Positions 28,621 to 38,337 of a stretch of DNA of 64,000 nt are shown in pieces; position 1 is the stretch's first letter; the number at the start of each line of letters is the position of its first letter. The DNA comes from a bacterium. Its GTDB lineage: Bacteria; Sysuimicrobiota; Sysuimicrobiia; Sysuimicrobiales; Humicultoraceae. The stretch is taken from positions 14,731 to 78,730 of the forward strand of contig JBGQGY010000002.1 of the NCBI GenBank assembly GCA_041497675.1, in the 5' to 3' direction. Made by a program: the position numbers and the translations under genes. The notes under the pieces were generated by a model that was not told the origin of the DNA, ran no database searches, and was given only the letters and a program-made list of their open reading frames with translations.

Positions 28621-29390
28621 CCCGCCTTGTGGGCCACGCACAGCAGCGACAGCCCCAGCGGAAGATCCATCACCCGGATCAAACTTCGCTCCAGTAGCAG
28701 CACGCGATACGCCAACCAGTTCCACGGGTTGGCGAGGTCGAGTGGATCAGCCTGCGGTCTTGCGTCACGACGCACCGCCGATATCAAGCGGACGGCCACC
28801 GCGACGGGAAGCAGCAGGGCGTTGAAGTAGGTGACCCGCACGACCTGAAACCCGCACGCCTCAAGGAGCCGCCGGATCTCGCCACGCGAGTAGCGCCGGA
28901 CATGTCCCAGGGCCCTGTCGTGTTCGCTGTACAACCACGACAGCGCGGGGACGGTGATGAGCAACGTGCCGCCAGGTTTCAGCACGCGAAAGCACTCGCG
29001 AAGCACGCGTCCGTCGTCCTCCACGTGCTCGAGGACATCGGTGATCCCCGCCAGATCCAGCGCGTCCCCTCGTAGCGGCATGCCCTCAAGCGTCCCGATA
29101 GCCAGGTTTCGATATCCCCGCGTGCGGCACACGGCGACTGCCAATGGCGAGATGTCAATGCCCACGACCTCACCATGCGCACGCAGGACGTCGGCCATCC
29201 CGCCGGCGCCGCATCCAAGATCACCGACGGTGCCGTTCGCGGCGCCGTTCAATTGACTCTCTAAGACCGCCCGGACGAGATCCCGGCGGCCGCGGACCCA
29301 CCAAGAGGTCTGGTCGGACTGGGCCAGGCGGGCGATCTCCTGTTCGTTGGGCCCAAACGCCTCGGGGTGATGGTCGACGCCGGTCGACAC
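28614..29390 (-). CDS. Class I SAM-dependent methyltransferase
   Basis: It has a glycine-rich SAM motif (VGDLGCGAGGMA) and the motif LKPGGTLLITVP. Confidence 0.75.
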   Translation of the reverse strand: MSTGVDHHPEAFGPNEQEIARLAQSDQTSWWVRGRRDLVRAVLESQLNGAANGTVGDLGCGAGGMADVLRAHGEVVGIDISPLAVAVCRTRGYRNLAIGTLEGMPLRGDALDLAGITDVLEHVEDDGRVLRECFRVLKPGGTLLITVPALSWLYSEHDRALGHVRRYSRGEIRRLLEACGFQVVRVTYFNALLLPVAVAVRLISAVRRDARPQADPLDLANPWNWLAYRVLLLERSLIRVMDLPLGLSLLCVAHKAGT

Positions 29391-29391
29391 C

Positions 29392-30189
29392 TTAGGGCTT
29401 CTCCGAGAGCGCCGGCGGCTGCCGATCGTTGACGACCGCAGCCATAGCCGTCACATCATACTGGTTGGTCCGCAGCCAGTAGGCGATCCTCACCATGTCA
29501 CGGAACATGCTCAGGCTGTCGCGCCCGAGGCTCACCTTGCTGTGGTTCACATGCGACCAGCGCACCGGCACCTCGACCAGACGGTAGGCTGCCTGTGCGG
29601 CCAATCCCAAGACTTCCACGTCAAAGGCGAATCCGTCGATCTTTGCGTGGGCGAACAGCCGCCGGGCGACCGAGCCGCGGAAGAGCTTGAACCCGCACTG
29701 CGTGTCGAACACCCCGGGCAGGATGGCGAGCTGCACAAACACGTTGAACAGCCGCCCCATCATTTCGCGGTAGATGGGCTGGCGCAGGACGAGTCGCGAG
29801 CCACGCATTCCTCGAGAACCGATCGCAATGTCGGCTCCCGCGTTAATCGGCGCCAGGAGAGATTCGAATTCCTCAATCGGGGTTGCGAGATCCGCGTCGG
29901 TCACCAGGATGAGATCACCGGTCGAGGTCGCGACCCCGCGTCTTACCGCGCTGCCTTTGCCTTCATTGCGTGGACCCCGCACCAGTTGGATCGACGGGTG
30001 GGTGCGCTGAAGAGTGTTGACGATCTCACCCGTTGCGTCGACACTCCCGTCATCCGACACAATAATGTCGTGCGGCTCGTGCCGACCATTCATGTACTCT
30101 GCAATCATGGTAATGGTTCTTTCGATCCGCCGCTCTTCGTTAAAAGCCGGCACCACGATTGATACGTGCTGATGCCCCGGTCTCTCCAT
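29392..30189 (-). CDS. Family 2 glycosyltransferase (polyprenol-phosphate sugar synthase, DPM1-like)
   Basis: It has the GT-A DxD region (VSDDGSVD...DADL) and an IVVPAFNEE N-terminus. A GGAGGA Shine-Dalgarno lies 7 nt upstream. Confidence 0.85.
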   Translation of the reverse strand: MERPGHQHVSIVVPAFNEERRIERTITMIAEYMNGRHEPHDIIVSDDGSVDATGEIVNTLQRTHPSIQLVRGPRNEGKGSAVRRGVATSTGDLILVTDADLATPIEEFESLLAPINAGADIAIGSRGMRGSRLVLRQPIYREMMGRLFNVFVQLAILPGVFDTQCGFKLFRGSVARRLFAHAKIDGFAFDVEVLGLAAQAAYRLVEVPVRWSHVNHSKVSLGRDSLSMFRDMVRIAYWLRTNQYDVTAMAAVVNDRQPPALSEKP

Positions 30190-30266
30190 GCTGAATCCTC
30201 CTGCGCACTCTCAGCGTTGTCGCGGCGGTTCCACAGCAGGACTCGCCGAAACCAGCGCCGCGTGCG

Positions 30267-31933
30267 TCATTCCTGCCCGCAGCTCCACGAGACGCTGAGG
30301 ACCTCGTAGGCGATGAACTCCGGGAATCTCGCCAGCTCCCGCACTGGGAGCGATGGCTCGCCCCGGAGCAGCTTCTCGATCGTGCGACCGTACCGCCGGC
30401 CCATGGCTTGAGGATCCAGCCCGCCGTCTTCGGCGCGCAGGATCAGGTACGGGTGCTCCCACCCCAGCGTGGTCAGGGTACTCGCGATGCGCCGGCAATC
30501 GCGGTCAAACCGATCGCCACCACGGTACTCGAGGAAAGACGCAAACGACACCACGGGCCGGTCGAGATAAAACGTATAGTCGAAGCCCCCGTTGCCGACA
30601 ATCGGCGCACCTGGAGGTGTATTGGCCGCCACCCACTTGACCCACACAGGCGGATCATCAGGGTGCAACCGCGGGCCACCCGCGGCCATCGCCCGGGGGA
30701 GCACCACGCCCGCCACCACGGCCACACAGACAACGGCGACGACCCATGGCAGCGCGCGCCGCGCCGGGGCCGCGACGATGCTCACAAACACGGCGACCGC
30801 GCCGCTGACGCTGACGAGCGCCAACGGATACCCCGGCATCAGCATCCGCGTGCTCAATGACATGAAGCCCATCACCAGATGCGCGACGAGCATCCCGGCC
30901 CAAAACCCGGCCCAAAGCATGATCAGGAAGCGACGCTCCGCCGTCCCGATCGAGCTCGCAAGCGCGGCCCTGACCCCTGCGCGGACTCGGTCGCTGCGAA
31001 GCAGACCGTACAGCAGCACGCCCCCCCCCGCGAGCACCAGAAGGATCACCGCCCGCCGATCGACGTTGGCCATCTCAGGCAGGACCAAGACCCGCGACAA
31101 CAGCTCGAGGGCGTCGGCGGCGATAGTCTTCACGGCGTACGCCGCATGGTACACCAATCCGCGTTCGTCGGGCGGACGTCCGGCTCCAATCAACGAACCG
31201 GTAACGACGACGTTGCGTATTAAGAACGCCACTGGGGGGATAGCGGCGCAGACAGACCACACTGCTGTGACCGCCAGCCGCTCTCTGAGTGCGCGTCCCT
31301 GAAGATTCACGATCAGGCCCACGGCGCCAATCGGAATCAGCGCCAGCGCCGCGTATCGGGTGAGCGAGGCCGCTCCCATCGCCAGTCCTCCGAGAGCGGC
31401 GATAAGCAATACCCGCGCCGTCGTGGGTTGCGGACGAAGCAGCCTCACGGTAATGACCGCGCACAGCACCACGAACAACACGAACAGGTTCTCGGACAGC
31501 GCCATGCCGGCGGTACGGGCCACCGGCGGCCACACCGCGAGGAGTAGCGCAGTGATGGTTCCGACACTGCGATCGAATACGGCCGAGCCCAGCACCCAGA
31601 CCAGCGCCACGGTGAGGCCAAATGCCGCTATGGACACCAGTTTTGTCGCCTCGGGAGCAGGCACGCCAAGTTTTGTCACCGCAGCCGCGGCCCCCGGGTA
31701 GAGAGGAGGCCAAAACGATATGGGTGACGGCATCTTCGCCGGGTAGTAGGGAGCGAGCAGGCGCGTGGACATGCCTTCGCCGGCCGCGATGCGCCGCGTG
31801 AAGTCCACGTACCCCATCTCCATAGGATCCCGGAACGGTGGCGTGTGGGCCGTCTCGAGTAGCGCGACGACCATCGCCAGTAGTGCCAAGATCACGGCGG
31901 GTAGGGCGCCGACACGCGGCGCAACACGGTTCA
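30267..31933 (-). CDS. GT-C glycosyltransferase (ArnT/PMT-like, GT39/GT83) with a C-terminal periplasmic domain
   Basis: It is polytopic, with a conserved first loop (YYPAKMPSPISFWPPLYP) and a C-terminal soluble domain. The start is trimmed to M at about 31933 (MNRVAPRVGALPAVIL). Confidence 0.7.
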
Positions 31934-31959
31934 TGGCATGCTCTCGCGACACTCGGTGG

Positions 31960-32070
31960 CTTAGAACAGTGTGTAGATGAACGGCGCCAATCCCGTGGCC
32001 GCCGCGAGCACGAACAACAGCGCGAACACGACCAGAACCAGGATGAGAGGCGTCGCCCACCAGCGCTTCA
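31960..32070 (-). CDS. Possible 36-aa single-TM micro-protein (MKRWWATPLILVLVVFALLFVLAAATGLAPFIYTLF) between the two GT-C genes
   Basis: The ORF was found by manual translation of the 234-bp spacer. Its third-position G/C content matches genome bias (about 30 of 35 codons), but no clear Shine-Dalgarno precedes it. It is below the track's size cutoff. Confidence 0.25.
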
Positions 32071-32167
32071 TGTGCCACAGAGACCTGAAAAGTTCACCCA
32101 CGATCTGCAGTGACGCTCCAATCGCTCTCAACACGTTCACAGCGCATTCCTCCTCTGTTCCTTCAGC

Positions 32168-33853
32168 TCAGCGAGCCTCACAGGTCCACTGCGGTTGCTG
32201 GATCAGGAATGCTGCAAACTCCGCATGGCGGGCCAGTGGCACGACCGGCAGGGTGGTCGGACGGCCGCGCAGCAGCCGATCAATCGTCGGCCCATACCGC
32301 CGACCCATCAGGTCGATATCGAACTCGCCATCTTCCGCGTGAAGCACGAGATAGGCCTTGTTCCAGCCAAGCATGACCAGGTGACGGGAGATCAACGCGC
32401 AGTCGCGGTCGAATCGGTCACCGGCGCGGTAGACCGCGAACACCTGGAAGGAATAGGCGGGCCGATCAAGATAGAAACTGAAATCGGTCGAACGATTCCC
32501 AATGATCGGACTTCCCGCCGGCGTATTGGCGGCCACCCACTGTACCCACACGGGCGCCGGATCCGGCGCCAGCCGCGGCCCCCCGGCCGCAACGGCCCTC
32601 GGCAGCACAACGCCTATCGCCGAAATCGCGAACACGATTGACACCGCCCAGACCACAACCCGCCGGGCCAACCCCAGGCGCTCAAGGAATGCCATGACGA
32701 TCGCGATGACGCAGATCAACACCAGCGGATAGCCGGGCATCAACATCCGAGTATTCAACGGTTCGAACGCCGTCATGCTACGAATCGCCACCATCGCGAC
32801 CCAGTAGCCGGCTCCAATCACCACGACCAGGCGGCCACTCGGCGAGCTCTTCAGGACGGTACCCGCCTCGACCAGCCCGCGACGTACGCGAGGACTGCGC
32901 ACGAGCCCATAGAGCAACAACCCGACCGCGGCCAGCACAAACAGGATCATCACACGGCTGTCCAGTCCCAACGCTTCAGGGATGACCGTGAGACGCCACA
33001 ACAGCTTCAACCCATCCGTCACCAGGGTCTTCGCTGCGAAGACAACGTGATAGACGACGCCCTGGTCGTCCGGGGGCCGACCGCGCCCCATGAATGCACC
33101 TGTCACGAGCCGATTGCGAACGAGCAACAACACCGGCGGCACGCCGGCGCACACCGACCAGATCGTCACGAGTTTGAGGCGTTGCCGCCAGGGCTGCACT
33201 TCAAGGTTCAAGAGCAAGAACACGCCAGCGATCGCCATCACGGCCAGACCCGGATAGCGGGTCAGGGCCGCGCCCGCCATCGCCAGGCCCCCAGTCGCGG
33301 CAAGGCGGGACGCCCCTGGTGTCGCCGCGTCGCGGAGGAGCCGAGCACTGAACAACACCGACAAGGTCAAGAACATGATAAAGAGATTCTCCGACAACGC
33401 CATGGCGGCGATGCCGGTGACAACGGGCCATGCCATCAGCAGTAGCGCCGCAGTCGTGCCCACCCCTTCACCGAAGACCTCCCTACCGATGACCCACACC
33501 ACTCCCACTGAGACCCCAAACGCCGCCACAGACACGATCCGCGAGGCGATCGCCGCGTCGACTCCCACTGCGAGGAACGCGGCAATCACGGCCGGATACA
33601 GCGGTGGCCAGAGGGCTATTGGCGACGGGAACTTCGCCACATGCGAGGGGAAGTAGATGGTCGATACAATGCCTTCGCCCCGCGCCAGGTGGCGCGCCAT
33701 ATCCACGTAGATCATCCCGGTGGCATCGAATCCCGGGGATGTTGCCGTCTGGGCCAAAGCCGCCGCGATGCCCAAGGCGATGAAACACACAACCCAAACG
33801 GTGCGCCGTGATTCCGCGATCACCGGCCTGCGCCACGCACCATTCGCCACCAT
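32168..33853 (-). CDS. GT-C glycosyltransferase, tandem paralog of 30267..31933
   Basis: It has the same motif (YFPSHVAKFPSPIALWPPLYP) and the same C-terminal domain (WNKAYLVLHAEDGEFD). Confidence 0.7.
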   Translation of the reverse strand: MVANGAWRRPVIAESRRTVWVVCFIALGIAAALAQTATSPGFDATGMIYVDMARHLARGEGIVSTIYFPSHVAKFPSPIALWPPLYPAVIAAFLAVGVDAAIASRIVSVAAFGVSVGVVWVIGREVFGEGVGTTAALLLMAWPVVTGIAAMALSENLFIMFLTLSVLFSARLLRDAATPGASRLAATGGLAMAGAALTRYPGLAVMAIAGVFLLLNLEVQPWRQRLKLVTIWSVCAGVPPVLLLVRNRLVTGAFMGRGRPPDDQGVVYHVVFAAKTLVTDGLKLLWRLTVIPEALGLDSRVMILFVLAAVGLLLYGLVRSPRVRRGLVEAGTVLKSSPSGRLVVVIGAGYWVAMVAIRSMTAFEPLNTRMLMPGYPLVLICVIAIVMAFLERLGLARRVVVWAVSIVFAISAIGVVLPRAVAAGGPRLAPDPAPVWVQWVAANTPAGSPIIGNRSTDFSFYLDRPAYSFQVFAVYRAGDRFDRDCALISRHLVMLGWNKAYLVLHAEDGEFDIDLMGRRYGPTIDRLLRGRPTTLPVVPLARHAEFAAFLIQQPQWTCEAR

Positions 33854-33856
33854 CCG

Positions 33857-35032
33857 CTACTTCGCCCCAACAAGCCGGTGCACGACCTCGGCAATGGCGC
33901 CTGCCACCGTTTCGTTCCCTGCCTCCGTCGCATGGAACCGGTCGATAAAGATGGTCCGTGGGTCGCGTTCAAAGATCCCAGACAGGTCATGGACGTTGTC
34001 CATGGGTGTCGTGTCCAGCCGGCGTTTGAATGCCGCGTCAAACGCGCGATACTGCTCCGCAAACACCCGTGTGACGTCACCGGTCTGTTGCTCGCCTTGG
34101 CGTCGCCACCGGTCTTCGTCCGGCGACAAGACCTTCTTCGAGTACATCGTCGGCTGCCAAAAGAAGACCGCGCGGAAGCCGAACTCGTGGGCCAGTGCGT
34201 TGACCAGCTTCACGTTTGCAAAATAGGTCCCCACCGTCGTGTCCACGAGCGTCGGGTCAATCGACCGTCTGCGCGCCGCTCTACTGCCGCCCGATCGCCC
34301 CAGCGCGCCCGCCACGCTTCGCGTGACCCGGTACATTCCCAGCTTCTCGAGCAATCCTCCCCGCACGTTCAGGCGATCACGCGAGTTGAATTCAGCGACC
34401 CGGTTGAACTCGTTCTGAGGGATCCCGGCAACGCCATTTTGGAACGATGACCATGCATCGTTCACGCCGTCGTAGAACACCACTACGTCAGGAATGTTAC
34501 CCCGGCGCAGCTCCAGCATGAGTGTCAGGACGTCCTGCGTTGTGACATACCCGGCCTCTCCGTAGTTCACAACCCATGGGGCCGCATTCGGGTTTTTCGC
34601 GAGTTTCTTCGAGACGTACGAAGGGATCGTAAACTCGTCACGGCTGCCCCACCCCCACATGGTGGACCCGCCAAACATGAAGATCTTCGGCTGACCGGCG
34701 GTAGGCGATGGTGAAGCGTTCCAGGTATGCCGAAGTCCTTGCGTATCGATATTGATGTAGGTTCCATGGTACGGGTGCGATCGCCAGTACACGTAGGAAC
34801 GCCACCGCGTTTCCTCGGCCGCATGAAATTCAACCATATACCGATGGACCCACGACTGCCCGGGATACGCCAGCTGCGTCCTGTCCTCGGTAAGAGATCC
34901 CGCGACGGGACGGCCCCGATCCCGAGCCCAAAACACCAGTTGGAACGCTCCCTCAAGCATCGCGAGGATCACCAGGGTCACGCCAACGCTCACCCAGGCG
35001 CGGCGAAGCCACCCCATCACGCGATCACGCAT
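33857..35032 (-). CDS. Membrane-anchored SGNH/GDSL-like hydrolase-fold protein
   Basis: An N-terminal TM anchor is followed by block I (IFMFGGSTMWGWG), a VVFYDGVNDAW block and a DRFHATEAG C-terminal block. This suggests an esterase or acyltransferase acting on glycan O-acyl groups. Confidence 0.65.
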   Translation of the reverse strand: MRDRVMGWLRRAWVSVGVTLVILAMLEGAFQLVFWARDRGRPVAGSLTEDRTQLAYPGQSWVHRYMVEFHAAEETRWRSYVYWRSHPYHGTYINIDTQGLRHTWNASPSPTAGQPKIFMFGGSTMWGWGSRDEFTIPSYVSKKLAKNPNAAPWVVNYGEAGYVTTQDVLTLMLELRRGNIPDVVVFYDGVNDAWSSFQNGVAGIPQNEFNRVAEFNSRDRLNVRGGLLEKLGMYRVTRSVAGALGRSGGSRAARRRSIDPTLVDTTVGTYFANVKLVNALAHEFGFRAVFFWQPTMYSKKVLSPDEDRWRRQGEQQTGDVTRVFAEQYRAFDAAFKRRLDTTPMDNVHDLSGIFERDPRTIFIDRFHATEAGNETVAGAIAEVVHRLVGAK

Positions 35033-35044
35033 ACCGAAACTCGG

Positions 35045-36229
35045 CTACCGCCCGCGGGTCGCGACGATCTGTCTGAGGGATTGAGCGATGGCGTCGGCCA
35101 CCTTCGCGTTCCCGGCTTCAGAAACGTGAAAGCGGTCGATGAAGATCGTCCGTGATTCGTCCGCAAAGAGTCCCGAGAGGTCGACGACGTTATCCAGCTT
35201 GCTGGCGCGAACTCGTTCTTGAAAGGTCTGATTGAAGGCCTGATACTCCTCCGCAAAGGCCGGCGCGGTACGGCCCGGGCGCCGTGGAGCCGTCAACCGC
35301 CACCGTTCCTCGTCTGCCGAGAGCGTCTTTTTCGAGAAGATGGTCGGTTGCCAGAAAAACACGGCGCGGAACCCGTACTGGCGCGCCAGCGCGTTCACGA
35401 TCCGCACGTTCCCCACATAGGCATCCACGACCGCGCTTGCCGCGGCTGGCTCCAAAAAGCGCCTCGGCAACGTACCCGGCGACGCCGAGTCTGTCGACCC
35501 CATGACGCCCCGGGCAAACCGAAACAGCGCAAGCTTGCCCAACAGCCCCTCTCTCCAGTTCAGTCGAGTGCGTGAATTGAACTCGCTGACTCGGTTGCCC
35601 TCATTCTGCGGCTGTCCCGCCACCCCGCTCTGAAAGGCTGCCCAGGCGTCGTTCACGCCATCGTAAAACACGACGATCGCGGGAACGTTCCCCTTGCGCA
35701 ACTCCAACATGAGGGTGATCACTTCTTGCGTGCTGACGTACCCGGTTTCACCATAGTTCACAATCCACGGCGACGGCCGCGTCGTTTCCGCCAGCCTCTT
35801 TGCCACGAGTGAGGGAATGGTAAATTCATCGCGAGCCCCCCACCCCCACATCGTCGATCCGCCAAACATGAAAATCCTCGGTTGCTCCGGCGACGGTACC
35901 GGCGAGGCGTTCCAGGTCTGCCGGACACCCAGCGCATCAACGTTGATATGGGCGCCCTTGTAAGGGTGCAGACGCCAATAGACATACGATCGCCACTGTT
36001 CCCGAAGCGCCCCGCGCGCTTCGCCGGGGTACCCGCGCACCCAGGGTTGCCCGGGGTTGGCCGCCGCTAGTCGGTCCTCGCTGATGAAACTGCTCTCTGT
36101 GGGGCCTCGGTGTCGGATCAAAAATACCAGTTGGAGTGCGCCCTCCAGCACAATCAGGACCAGCAGCGCGACACCAATGTTGATCCACAGATTGCGGAAT
36201 CCACGAATGACACGATCACGCATCAGCAC
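35045..36229 (-). CDS. SGNH/GDSL-like hydrolase-fold protein, tandem paralog of 33857..35032
   Basis: It is co-linear with its neighbour and shares the same conserved blocks (IFMFGGSTMWGWG, VVFYDGVNDAW, DRFHVSEAG). Confidence 0.65.
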   Translation of the reverse strand: MLMRDRVIRGFRNLWINIGVALLVLIVLEGALQLVFLIRHRGPTESSFISEDRLAAANPGQPWVRGYPGEARGALREQWRSYVYWRLHPYKGAHINVDALGVRQTWNASPVPSPEQPRIFMFGGSTMWGWGARDEFTIPSLVAKRLAETTRPSPWIVNYGETGYVSTQEVITLMLELRKGNVPAIVVFYDGVNDAWAAFQSGVAGQPQNEGNRVSEFNSRTRLNWREGLLGKLALFRFARGVMGSTDSASPGTLPRRFLEPAAASAVVDAYVGNVRIVNALARQYGFRAVFFWQPTIFSKKTLSADEERWRLTAPRRPGRTAPAFAEEYQAFNQTFQERVRASKLDNVVDLSGLFADESRTIFIDRFHVSEAGNAKVADAIAQSLRQIVATRGR

Positions 36230-36250
36230 ATGCCCTTGTTGAAGTTACGG

Positions 36251-38023
36251 TCACTTCTGAACCCGGAAATTCCCCATAAAGAGGGCGTCGAGCCCGCTGC
36301 GAAGGAAGGTATCAATCGCATGACCAGGCTCGGTCACAATCGGCTCGCCCCGCAGGTTGAAAGACGTGTTCAGAACGACCGGCACGCCCGTCGCCTGGCC
36401 GAACTTCCTGAGGATCTCATAATATCGGAGATTCCACTCCGGGCGCACGGTCTGCAGCCGGCCTGTCCCCATGTGGCTGACCGCCGGGATCCGGTCAGCG
36501 TGGTCTTGACGTATCGGGAGTACCAGGAGCATGAACCGCGAAGGATACTGCCGCGTCGCGTCATAGGTGAAATACTCTGCGGCACGTTCCTCGAGGATCG
36601 CCGGGGCGAATGGTCGAAATGGCTCCCGGAACTTGATCTTGCTGTTCACGATGTTCTTCATCTCGGCGCGGCGCGGATCGGCCAGGATGCTGCGGTTTCC
36701 GAGGGCCCGGGGTCCCCACTCAAACCGCCCCTGGAACCAGCCAATCACCCGGCCGGCGACGAGATCGTCGACCGCGGAGTCTATGAGGCGGTCGTCGTCC
36801 TCCAGCAGCTGATAGCGGAGCCCGGTTCGCTCGAGCGCCTCGCGGATGTGGTCCGGTCCGTACGACGACCCCCAGTAAGCGTGCTCCATGGTGAACTCGC
36901 GGGGTTTCCCGAGGAGCACGTGATACGCGTACAGAGCGGCTCCGAGCGCCCCGCCGGAGTCACCTGCCGCCGGTTGGATAAACACCTCGTCAAACGGCCC
37001 CTCCTGTACGATGCGCCCGTTCGCCACGCTGTTGAGTGCGACGCCGCCGGCCAGACAGAGCTTCTTCAACCCCGTCTTTTCATGCGCCTGCCGGACCATT
37101 CGCAGGGTAATGTCTTCGCTCATTTTCTGGACGCTGGCCGCGACGTCTGCGTAGTACTGGTTCTGACGCGACACCTCGCTGTCGGCCGACACGTCGGGGT
37201 CGGTTACCGACGTTGCAAACTCCGCCTTGGGGTCGCGCGGCGGACCGAACAGTTCTTCAAACTTCTCGTTAAATGTCCGGTCGACCGAGTGATGGAAACA
37301 GAAGTATCGCATGTCGAGCCAGAACGAACCGTCATCCTCAACACGAATGACCTTCGAGACCTTGTCCAGGTAGCGGGGCTGACCGTACGGCGCCATGCCC
37401 ATGACCTTGTACTCGCCGTCATTGACCTCGAAGCCCAAGAACGCGGTAAACGCAGAATACAACAGGCCCAACGAATGCGGGAAACGCAGCTCGCTGATCG
37501 TCCGCAGTTCGTTCCGAGCCCCGTTTGCCCATGCCGCCCGCCCGTGACCGATCGTGGCGGTGGCCCATTCACCCACGCCGTCAAACGTCACCGTCGCGGC
37601 TTCATCGAACGGCGAGCAAAAGAACGCACTCGCAGCGTGCGATTGGTGGTGATCGACAAACAGGATCTTGTCGGACGGAGTCTTCAAGTGGTCCTGAATC
37701 CTCCGCTTGATCCACAGCTTATCCTTGAACCAACTGATCATCGACTCGCGAAACACGGCCGCGGAGCGTGGAAATGTGGCCATGGCCGTCATCAGAATCC
37801 GGTCGAACTTCACAAAGGGTTTCTCGTAGAAGACCACGTAGTCCAGCTCCCCGCTCTCGATACCAGCCTGCTCGAGACAAAAGTGAATCGCGTGGAGGGG
37901 AAAGCCGTAGTCGTGCTTCTTTCGCGAGAAACGCTCCTCTTCAGCCGCCGCCACCAGCTGGCCAGCTCGAAGCAAGACTGCCGCGGCGTCGTGATAAAAG
38001 CACGAAATCCCCAGAATGTGCAT
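36251..38023 (-). CDS. O-carbamoyltransferase (NodU/CmcH/TobZ family)
   Basis: A 590-aa protein with the N-terminal ILGISCFYHDAAAVL and HHQSHAASAF motifs and the C-terminal YrdC-like/Kae1-like fold typical of this family. Its ATG overlaps the upstream stop by 1 nt (TAATG). Confidence 0.9.
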   Translation of the reverse strand: MHILGISCFYHDAAAVLLRAGQLVAAAEEERFSRKKHDYGFPLHAIHFCLEQAGIESGELDYVVFYEKPFVKFDRILMTAMATFPRSAAVFRESMISWFKDKLWIKRRIQDHLKTPSDKILFVDHHQSHAASAFFCSPFDEAATVTFDGVGEWATATIGHGRAAWANGARNELRTISELRFPHSLGLLYSAFTAFLGFEVNDGEYKVMGMAPYGQPRYLDKVSKVIRVEDDGSFWLDMRYFCFHHSVDRTFNEKFEELFGPPRDPKAEFATSVTDPDVSADSEVSRQNQYYADVAASVQKMSEDITLRMVRQAHEKTGLKKLCLAGGVALNSVANGRIVQEGPFDEVFIQPAAGDSGGALGAALYAYHVLLGKPREFTMEHAYWGSSYGPDHIREALERTGLRYQLLEDDDRLIDSAVDDLVAGRVIGWFQGRFEWGPRALGNRSILADPRRAEMKNIVNSKIKFREPFRPFAPAILEERAAEYFTYDATRQYPSRFMLLVLPIRQDHADRIPAVSHMGTGRLQTVRPEWNLRYYEILRKFGQATGVPVVLNTSFNLRGEPIVTEPGHAIDTFLRSGLDALFMGNFRVQK

Positions 38024-38334
38024 TAGAACTGCCTCCTGGAGGCTTCCAGACTATCCTCATGCGCCGGTTTGGCGACCCAGGTCGACGGTCGAGTCGGAGG
38101 CTTCAGGCCCAACGGGTCGCGCAGCAACCTGACAACAATGGCCATCGGGCCCAAGACGACGAAGTACACGACCGTCAAGATCACGCGGGCTTGAAAGTCA
38201 CCGATCCGTTGCGCCAGGACCTTCCATTTCGCCCAGAGAGTGCCAAGCATCTCGATCCCTCTCGTCCGGGCCGGCCGCGGACTGTCGGCCGGATCCACGG
38301 AAACCGCTGGTTTTCCCACGCGTGCGTCATCCAC
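38023..38334 (-). CDS. Small membrane protein translationally coupled to the carbamoyltransferase (SxtK/DUF5989-like)
   Basis: A 103-aa protein with one or two TM helices (VILTVVYFVVLGPMAIVV). It sits directly upstream of the carbamoyltransferase with a 1-nt overlap. Confidence 0.5.
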   Translation of the reverse strand: MDDARVGKPAVSVDPADSPRPARTRGIEMLGTLWAKWKVLAQRIGDFQARVILTVVYFVVLGPMAIVVRLLRDPLGLKPPTRPSTWVAKPAHEDSLEASRRQF

Positions 38335-38337
38335 CAG

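Noticed and set aside
30190-30266. A hairpin CGCGGCG...CGCCGCG in the GT-C/GT2 spacer
   Set aside because: The 7-bp stem closes a loop of about 27 nt and no U-tract follows. It is unlikely to be a terminator and has no evident function.
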